NCBI GenBank assembly: GCA_951406725.2
Contig: OX597832.1
Location: forward strand, 31,062,001 to 31,126,000
DNA from: Octopus vulgaris
Taxonomy: Eukaryota
Length of the DNA: 64,000 bases
Reading direction: 5' to 3'
The notes under the pieces are model-generated. The model made no database searches. It was not told the DNA's origin and saw nothing but the letters and a program-made list of their open reading frames with translations. The position numbers were made by a program, and so were the translations under genes. Of this stretch, positions 55,010 to 64,000 are shown in pieces (the stretch's first letter is position 1; the number at the start of each line of letters is the position of its first letter).

Positions 55010-55264
55010 TATTATTATTATTATTGTTATCGTTATTATTAATGAGTGAGAGAACAGTGCATGCCATCAAAGTGACACTGGGGTAAAATATATTCACTGT
55101 TTGTGTCTGTGTTTGTCCTCCCCAACATTGCTTGACAACCGATGCTGGTGTGTTTATGTCCCCGTAATGTAGCAGTTCAGCAAAAGAGATCAATAGAATA
55201 AGTACTAAGCTTACAAAGAATAAGTCCTGGGGTTGATTTGTTTGACTAAAGGCGGTGCTTCAGT

Positions 55265-55360
55265 ATGGCCGCAGAGCATACAAGCTTCATTCTTTGCCAG
55301 CTTACACAGGTCCTCAGCTGTCACAGTCCATGTTTCACTGCTATGTAGCATGTCTGTTTG
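55265..55360 (-). mobile_element. Short RTE LINE fragment
   Basis: TDMLHSSETWTVTAEDLCKLAKNEACML matches the RTE motif L(Y/H)GSETW. Confidence 0.6.
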
Positions 55361-55367
55361 TACACAT

Positions 55368-55517
55368 AGGCACAGGAGTGGCTGTGTGGTAAGTAGCTTG
55401 CTTACCAATTATATGGTTCCGAATTCAGTCTCACTGTGTGGCACCTTGGGCAAGTAAGTGTCTCCTACTATAGCCTTGTGAGTGGATTTGGTAGATGAAA
55501 ACTGAAAGAAGCCTGTC

Positions 55518-55575
<58 letters not shown>

Positions 55576-55790
55576 TATGTATGTATTTGTGTGTCTGTGT
55601 TTGTCCCCCCACCATCACTTGACAACTGATGCTGGTATGTTTATGTCCCCATAACTTAGTGGTTCAGCAAAAGACACCAATAGAATAAGTACTAGGCTTA
55701 CAAAGAATAAATCCTAGGGTCAATTTGTTTGACTGAAGGTGGTGCACCAGCATGGCCAGTCAAATGACTGAAACAAATAAAAGAGACTAA
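55368..55790 (+). mobile_element. Abundant tRNA-derived SINE family A (further copies: 8820-9207 -, 10430-11030 +, 13310-13705 -, 27635-28015 +, 34803-35115 +, 48962-49340 +, 50415-50845 +)
   Basis: Shared ggctgtgtggtaag...ggttcagtcccactg.gtggcaccttgggcaagtgtcttctactatagcc...gtggatttggtagacggaaactgaaagaagcc, an internal microsatellite, and tail ...gctccagcatggcc.cagtcaaatgactgaaac. Confidence 0.9.
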
Positions 55791-57664
55791 AGGAATATAT
55801 ATATATATATATACAATAAAAGCAATTAAGATTCAAGTCAATTCCAATGAATTTACTTGAATATGGTACTTAACTTAGATGCACCAGAAAACTATATGGT
55901 GTTAACCATACAGTAATGTGGGGTGATTATAAACGTATATATATATATATATATATCATCGTCATCATCGTTTAACGTCCACTTTCTATGCTAGCATGGG
56001 TTGGCCGATTTGACGAACCAGATGGCTGCACCAGGCTCCAATCTGATCTGGCAGAGTTTCTACAGCTGGATGCCCTTCCTAATGCCAACCACTCCAAGAG
56101 TGTAGTGGGTGCTTTTTACGTGCCACTTGCACAGCATATATAAACATATAGATACTAATATACAGAAATGGGAAATATTTTTTTTTATACTTGTTCATCA
56201 TCTGAACTCTGATAAAATAAACAGTGATCTCAGCAAAGGAATTAACTATTTGAAGCATTCAGTTCCTGCAACAGCATCCAACAAATATGAAAGAAAACTG
56301 GAATCAACATAATTTGGCTGATGCCGGTTTGGACTTATAATTTGGAGAAATGTTTTTACCGCTATGTCTGGGAAATAAGATCATGGGGTGGATGAAAAAG
56401 AGAAGATAAAGAACGAATACAATCTCACAATGAATTAAAATTAGTTTTCTGTATATGTAATCTTTAAGTATAAAAGATATTTGAAAACCACATTTTGATA
56501 AAAATATTAAAATTAGAATTTTTAAGAATTTACTAGTCAGTGTAGACTTCAAAAATTGCTTTTTCTTTTTAGTAAAAGTTACATAGGCCAAACTAATTCA
56601 TAAGCAGCTTTCTTTGTATTGACTTGTAGTAGTAGTAATAGTAGTAGTGGTAGTAAGAGTGGTTGTTGTTTTTACCTCCAGGTCAATCATGATAGAGTAA
56701 ACCTTTGATGAGAAGCAATCTATCAATGACCATCCTGTCTCTTTCATATTTGCTGAGAAACCAGTACCACGTGCAATGCAGTCAATCTGTAATACAGAGT
56801 GAGATGTGACTGTTATTTCTAGCAACCTAAACAACCACTCTGTCTCCCATTAAGAGTAATTTTTTGTTTGTATTTAAGCTGTATACTTCTTTTACCTAAC
56901 TGGATTCCAGTTTGTTCAAGAAATTCTAAATACCAGATCTATTACCATTTTCATAAGCAATTTCATTCATAAGCCACACTGGTTCTCTTTTTGATGTCTT
57001 TGTACCATTTCTGCAGAACTGGCATCAAAGAGTTTGCTAGTGGAAGAGTTAAACCATTTACGGTTGACATGTTAAATATTTGGAACTCTGGAATCAGCCG
57101 TGTTAGCGATACACTCTCAGACTGACATTTCTGCAACACCATCAACTATTTGGTTTCCACAGATTAATCCTCTTCAGATTCCCAGACTTTTCTTCCTCAA
57201 AATGTCTACAATTTCTTTGCTTTGAGAGGAAAATTAATAACATTTATATATTCAACTCCATTAAAGAAAAACAGTTATTACACTCCCTACACACACATAT
57301 ATACACACACACATGTGTGTAAACATAAATATATATGTGTGTGTGTGTGTGTGTGTAAAGACTTATAGATATGTATACTAATTCATCTTTCTCTCTCTCT
57401 CTGTTTACACACACACACACACACACACACTTCTCTATGCTTCAATGATTCCAGCTTCACTTCATCAAAGTTTTTATGTTCCGTCTACTAAAGATAGGAT
57501 ATGTGTATATATTAGTGTAAGTGTGTGTGCATGTACACACACACATATTTGCATGTATGGATACCTACCTACATACATACCAACTAACGCAAATGCATAA
57601 ACACACATACAAACTTAATTCTTGTCCCATGTAACAGATTCTTTGATGTGAAGAGAATAATAAT

Positions 57665-57717
<53 letters not shown>

Positions 57718-57959
57718 CAACAACAATAATGATAGTAATAATTTCTGTGAGTACAAATTCCACAGATTTGTAGGAAGAGATATAGAAGAGATATAGCTGA
57801 TCATATCGACACCAGTACATCACTGGTATTTTATTTTATTGATGCCAGAAGAATGCAATGCAAACTTGACTCTTGGAGGGATTTGAACTCAGAACCTAAA
57901 TTAACGGAGTTTAGGTGAAAAGATTAGAAAGAGGAAGAGGAGGAGAAAGGGTATTGTGT

Positions 57960-58468
57960 GTGATTCTCTACAAGTCTTCAGGGACTGGAAGCATGATGAG
58001 AAGGGAGTTAGGGTTATTGTCAGGCCTGAGAGATGCATAGCCACTCATGTATATGTGCGTGTCAGCCCTGATGGTCAGACATCTAAAAACAAAATCTCTC
58101 ATGGCTCTTATTAACAAATCTCAGTTTGCTGACAGCATTTCTGAACATCACTGACCAAATTCTCTCATGCCATTCGTCTACAAATAGTCTTTCTACTGAC
58201 CACTGGACTCTATAGTATACTAGTACCCTGTGGTGCCTTGTCTGTGGCTTTCTGTAGATCAGCAAATACTATGTGTAATAGCTTGCATTTTCCTATGGCC
58301 TCCTATACTTAGGAAGAAAAATCCTTGTTATTTTGTCCCAGTGCAAACCCAAACTAAATCTCATCTAAGTGGGTTCCCTCCTTATTCAGTTTTGCCAATA
58401 AACTCCTTCTGCTGCCATCACAATTTCGTCCATTGGATTGATTCGAATGTAGTTGCTTGTTTCTAGAA
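57960..58468 (-). mobile_element. Decayed RTE-type LINE RT fragment
   Basis: Minus strand degenerate DE.*FGFALG...LHIVFADLQKATDKAP, similar to QFGF...F.DLEKAFDRVP. Confidence 0.55.
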
Positions 58469-58470
58469 TA

Positions 58471-58613
58471 CAGCAGAACCTTGGTTTTCCAACAACTCTG
58501 ATCACGAATAAATCGTACTTTATCTCAAATCGTACTTTATCTCAAATTTATTTAATACAGTAATACCTTGGTTTAAAAATGCCTCTGATCACAAATAACT
58601 CGTTCTTTTTTGA

Positions 58614-58678
<65 letters not shown>

Positions 58679-58763
58679 CTATATATGTGTATATAAATAT
58701 ATATATATATATAAAGTACGATTTATTTGCGATCAGAGTTGTTTGAAAGCCGAGTAACTACTG
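58471..58763. mobile_element. Tigger/pogo-like MITE
   Basis: ~53-bp TIRs: CAGCAGAACCTTGGTTTTCCAACAACTCTGATCACGAATAAATCGTACTTTAT at 58471 and its reverse complement at 58711-58763. A second left-TIR copy starts at 58558. The interior is (TATC)n/(TA)n. Confidence 0.75.
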
Positions 58764-59342
58764 TTATTTCATTTCCCCCTCCCTGGAAAAACCATGATGA
58801 TCCTTGCTTCTTTGACGCAAGCCATTGGTAAAGACCCCTTCTTGTTTTACCTGGTTCACTCTGTAAGTGACCGGCCTGGACCCTATCTCATGGGATATTT
58901 TCACTCTTGCTCTCTCTCTTTCTCACACACACACGCACACACATACACACACACATATACACACATGCTCACATGCACACACATGATCATATACAAACAC
59001 ACACACACACATGATCATACACACACACAAACACATGCTTATACGCACACACACACACACACACACGCATAAACACACACACACACACATGACTGTTATC
59101 TTTTGTGATGTTTAAAACAGAAATAAGCTATTGTACACACACACACACACACATACTGTACACACACAGAAATATTATACCTCCGAGATCATCTATTTAT
59201 AAGTGTGTGTGTGTGTGTGTGTGTGCAAGTACAAAAGATGTGACAGGAAGAGAAATAAAGAGAAAAAAAAATCAAAACAGTTTTTTCTGTCAGGTTATGA
59301 ATATATTTCAAGATAGGGACGTCAGCTCTGTCCCTCTCTGTC

Positions 59343-59379
<37 letters not shown>

Positions 59380-59472
59380 TGATGGACAATGAAGTCTCTT
59401 GAGGCTACACACATACGCATGTATGCCAAACATAGAACATGGATGTTAAATAATGACATATGTACATGTATG

Positions 59473-59503
<31 letters not shown>

Positions 59504-59631
59504 ATACATATATATATGTGTGTATATATATATATATATATACATACATATACATGTATATATACATATATATATGTGTGTGTATATATATATATATATG
59601 TATATATGTATATACATACATACATACATAT

Positions 59632-59662
<31 letters not shown>

Positions 59663-59902
59663 CATATTTATATATTATATATATGTGTGTGTGTGTGTAT
59701 ATATATATGTATATATATGTATGTATATATACATACATATATACATACATTCATACATACATATATATATATTATATATATGTGTGTGTGTGTATATATG
59801 TATATATATATGTATGTATATATACATACATATATACATACATATATATATATACGCACACATATTCAGATATATATCTGTGTGTAAGTGTGTGTATATA
59901 TG

Positions 59903-59962
<60 letters not shown>

Positions 59963-60635
59963 TTACATACATATACGCACTTATCTATATGAAAGTGGAG
60001 GGGTGGTGGTAATGATGGTGGTGGTGGTGGTAGCAGTGAGAAGAAGGCATCAGTGTTTACGTTACAAAGATTTTGTTGTTATTGAAATCTCATTTTTGTC
60101 TTCAGCATTTCTCAAGATGTTTGTTTACAGCAGAGGAATGAATATGGTGGTGGTGGCGGTGATGGTGGTGGTAGTGGTGGTGGTGGTGGTGGTGTCTGTA
60201 GTATAGATGGTGGCTGTTGTGGTTGCAGTGGTAGTGTTAGTGGTGAACCGTTTTGCACGGTGGTACCTACATACAACTAGGTAGACTGGACAGTTGGCAG
60301 TGAATTATCTTGATCATGGATGTAGTTCAGGGTACTGTACCCCTTAGTATGGTACCTACATGCAGTTTAAGTACCTTGTGTCTGAATAAAGCACTTGTTA
60401 ATCACAGCTGGAATGTATTTGGTGGTAACTCTGCTTCACTATAAGTCATCATCACCATCATCATCACCACCACCACCACCATCATCATCATAATCATAAT
60501 CACTACCATCATCATCATCATCATCATCATCACCACCACCACCATTATCATAATTACGACCATCATCATCATCGTCACCATCATAATCACCACCACCACC
60601 ATGCCACCATCATCATCCCCATCGTCGTCGTTGTG

Positions 60636-60671
<36 letters not shown>

Positions 60672-61578
60672 TTCATCATCATCATCACCATCACTATCTT
60701 TGTATCTAACCCTAACCTTGTGCTGTGTGGACACTGGCATGCTAAAGAATAGACTCTATGTTTTCTCTGCGTATCATCGTAAAAGGTGACTAAATGAGGT
60801 TGAGATAGGATCTGCTCTCTCGTCTTGTAAAAAAAAAAGAAAAAAAAGAAAAGAAACCTCACAAACAACAACTACACAAACAGACCCATGGCTTGAAGGG
60901 TTTTTGCCTGAGTGGTGCCAGGAGGAGGAGGAGGAAGAGGAAATCACCAACAAATGGTGGGTGCAATGGCACACTGTTACACCACATGCCTCCCCCCAGA
61001 CACTACTACTCCTACTATTACTGCTGCTGTTGTTGTTGTTGTTGTTGTTAAGCAACAAGCCGGGTAAGGGTGATTTGGTGATGGTCTAGGGCTTAGGGGC
61101 AGAAGACCCTAGACCTTGGAAAAAAAAACTTTGGTCGTCTTCTTGTAGTCGAGGGCTCTTCATTGACGCCCGACACCACTAGGAAGTGGCCCTTGAAGTC
61201 GCTGGAAATGGAGATCTCCAGGTCCAAATTCTTGAACGGCCGCTGCTATTGCTGCTACTACTGCTGCTGCTGCTGCTGCTGTGCTTCAGGTGGGTCGAAG
61301 CCAGATTGTGACGCTATCAACTAAAACAACCGTTTTGAATTCAGAGGAGTCTCTCAAATATTCTGCTTTTACTCACAATGAATTAATCCTGCATTTAGTA
61401 TTTTAATGATGTGGTTGTTTATTCTTGGGATGATATTGCAGGGCAGGTGTGAAGGGTCTGATCTGGTTGGTTTGAACATAAAGCATGCAGAATATTTGGG
61501 TCCGATAGCGTCACTCTGTTCTTTATTCTCTTCTGTGCACCAAAATTTTGACCTTTGTCAGTTATTTTTGTTTCCAAG

Positions 61579-61786
61579 GTAACCAGGAGTGGAGAACCTG
61601 TCAACGATATGGATTCCTCACACAAGAAACCTTATGAAGTTTTAATTCTTGGGCGGCACAAGAAGGGTGACCCTGCTGGACTAAACGATGTTCGTTGTTC
61701 ACCCGATGGTCCCAAGTCTCTTCCTGAGTCTCGTGTCATCCTTACCATTCCGTGTAGCCTTCATTCTAAGAAACCACCATTAACAG
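61579..61786 (+). CDS. METTL4: METTL4 coding exon E (phase 0 to 1)
   Basis: tttccaAG acceptor and GTgagt donor. VTRSGEPVNDMDSSHKKPYEVLILGR...VILTIPCSLHSKKPPLT contains the HKKPYE and HSxKP MT-A70 motifs. Confidence 0.95.
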
Positions 61787-62661
61787 GTGAGTCTGTCATC
61801 TTCGCATCTTTTGGGTTGTTTATCCCATTCATAGTTTGGAAGGTTGTGTAACCTGTTGACAGCCACATGGACTATCTTTTTTATTTCTTTTATGCTTTAC
61901 CTTTTTCTCTCATTGGAGTGTGGTCATGCTGGAGCAATACCTTGAACGGTTGAGTCAAACAAAAACAACCTCAGTACATTTTTTGTTTTTAAGTCTGTTG
62001 CCTGTTCTAAGTTACAAATCGAAATCAAAATCAAATTCGATGACTGGCATCCATGCTAGCGGGGTTCAGAGAGTACCATATGAGTGTGATTGTTGACAGA
62101 GCGGCTAACTGGCTTCCGAGCCAGTGGCACATAAAAGGCACCATTCGAGTGTGATTGTTACCAGTGTCGCCTTACTGGCACTTGTGCCCGTGCTAGTAGG
62201 GTGCCAAGAGCACCATCCGAGCGTGATCGTTTTATACAAATAAAAATAAAAATGTAACATGGATTGTCTGAATTTTTTGTTAGCTGTACGTTATTTATAT
62301 TTTATGAAAAAACAAACAACAACCTCCAATGAAGATGATAAAAGAGAGTTACGTCTGCTGTTTATGTCTCTTCAGTGTTTTTTTTTATTTATTGTCTCGC
62401 TGACACTGCTACAGAACAGAACTTTGGATGAATAAAGTAATTCTATCATTAACTGAGCATTTCCAAAGAAAGTTTCCGTGCTGCTATCCAATACACTTTC
62501 AGGAATAAGACATCCGATGATGGTTAATTGTTAAGACTGATCAAAGCATTATGTAGATGTGAAGATGTTAAATCTACCCTTTTCAAAATAAAATGTGGTT
62601 AATTATGCTTAAATGATAATATTGATAAATGTTGACCATAATGTTTCCGTTTGTTCTTCAG

Positions 62662-62753
62662 AGATTTTGGCTGAATTTCTCCCAGACAATCCAAGATGTT
62701 TAGAATTATTTGCAAGGAACCTCTGGCCTGGATGGACAAGCTGGGGAAACGAG
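62662..62753 (+). CDS. METTL4: METTL4 coding exon F (phase 1 to 0); terminal exon not found in window
   Basis: ttgttcttcAG acceptor and GTttgt donor. EILAEFLPDNPRCLELFARNLWPGWTSWGNE is the canonical MT-A70 C-terminal motif. Confidence 0.96.
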
Positions 62754-63598
62754 GTTTGTCTCCCCCTCTTCCTCCTCCTCCTCCTCCTCCTCCTCCTCCT
62801 CCTCCATGTTGTTGTTATTGTTGTTGTTGTTTAATCCCAGCTCAAATTTCTGTTATTTCTGCCTTTTGCGATGCTGAGATTTGGTTTTTAAGTAAAGTAT
62901 TTTGATCCCAAATTCTACATGAAATCCTACATGAACTGGTGAGCTGCATAATTTTCTGTCCATGTGGGACATAAACATCATCACCGCTTGCTGTCATTGT
63001 AAGAAACACATGGAGACAGACACATGCATGCACACGCACACATGTACACACACACACACACATGCACACACACACATGCACACACACATACATACCAACA
63101 GAGACTCTCTCTTCTTTTACCCCTCCCACTCTTGCCCTCTATCTCTTCACTTCTCTCTCATTCTCCCTCCTCTCTCCCTCTCTTGCCTTCTCTCCCTCAT
63201 CCTCTTTCTCTCTCTCTCTCTCCCTGTCCACCTCACTGATGTCCAGGCACCAACCCATAGCCTTCCTCCCATTAAATAAAGCAGTCTTGGATCAGAGAAC
63301 CATGAATAATACATAGGTTAATATAATGGAACAAAAATGTGGCCCATAAACGGGTGTGTATATGTGTGGTTGTGTATGTGTGTATATAAATATGAGTATA
63401 CATATGCCTGTAGATATATGTATGTATGTGTGTGTGTGTGTGTGCCATTGTAAATGCACAGTTATATGTGTATGTTATATTTATAGTTATGTGCATATAT
63501 AAGTGTGTGCATATATAATACACACACACACACATATATATATATAATGCATACATATATATAATATATACTTATATATTTACAGATATATGCATATG

Positions 63599-63651
<53 letters not shown>

Positions 63652-63683
63652 ATATACATATATATACATATATATACATATAT

Positions 63684-63737
<54 letters not shown>

Positions 63738-63932
63738 ATAATAAATATTAGGGAATAAATCCAAATTTACAAGGAAAAATCAGATTTAAGATTGAATACA
63801 ATTTTATAATAAAATATTATATTATAATAAATTAGAGACAAAACCACTATTATGCAAATCAAACAAAGAAAGACTTAAGCTGATACATAAAATATAAAAT
63901 AATTTATATAAATTAAAATTTAACAAATGAAT

Positions 63933-63984
63933 AACCACTACGATCGTTTCGTGTCAGCACATCTTAGACATTCTTCAGGTGGTT
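63933..63984 (-). ncRNA. Minimal type-I hammerhead ribozyme motif in an AT-rich repeat (about 63735 to window end)
   Basis: Minus strand: AACCAC CTGAAGA A TGTC taagatgtgct GACA C GAAA CGATCG TA GTGGTT. This gives a 6-bp stem I, intact CUGANGA and GAAA cores, a palindromic stem III (ACGATCGT) and a GUA cleavage triplet. Confidence 0.75.
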
Positions 63985-64000
63985 TCTAAACCTTCATAGT

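Noticed and set aside
56985-57060. LTLPLANSLMPVLQKW resembling the end of a POU-specific domain
   Set aside because: The diagnostic SQTTICRFE and KQRRIKLG motifs and a homeodomain are absent, so this is likely chance.
63971-63999. ttcttcAG|GTGGTTTCTAAACCTTCATAG as the last METTL4 exon (VVSKPS*)
   Set aside because: It does not resemble the expected VLKFQ-type C-terminus and lies within the hammerhead-bearing repeat.

Overview
This is eukaryotic, repeat-saturated genomic DNA. The SINE families and the extreme (TA)/(CA)/(GGT)/(TAA) microsatellite load suggest an octopus or other coleoid cephalopod (inference). The only gene I can identify is METTL4 (MT-A70 family N6-adenine methyltransferase) on the + strand. 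Six internal coding exons (20751-20973, 38648-38809, 39543-39609, 45426-45600, 61579-61786, 62662-62753) splice with consistent phases into a 927-nt, 309-codon open frame containing DPPW, HKKPYE, HSKKP and ELFARNL..GWTSWGNE. I did not find the 5' exon(s) or the last exon, so they probably lie outside the window. The rest is microsatellites, several SINE families, decayed LINEs (CR1/Jockey-like, RTE, three Dong/R4 3' ends in (TAA)n), mariner and Tigger-like DNA elements, and a Penelope-like GIY-YIG remnant with inverted pseudo-LTRs. Nearly all ORF-track entries are microsatellite artefacts. The most notable signals are: (i) at least six minimal type-I hammerhead-ribozyme-like motifs from about five repeat families, three with a non-canonical CCGAC(G/A)A-type core; (ii) a decayed duplicate of the METTL4 catalytic DPPW exon in an upstream intron; (iii) a ~1.5-kb nested inverted repeat just after an exon; (iv) a tRNA-like unit between 61-bp direct repeats. 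All alignments and folds were done by eye.
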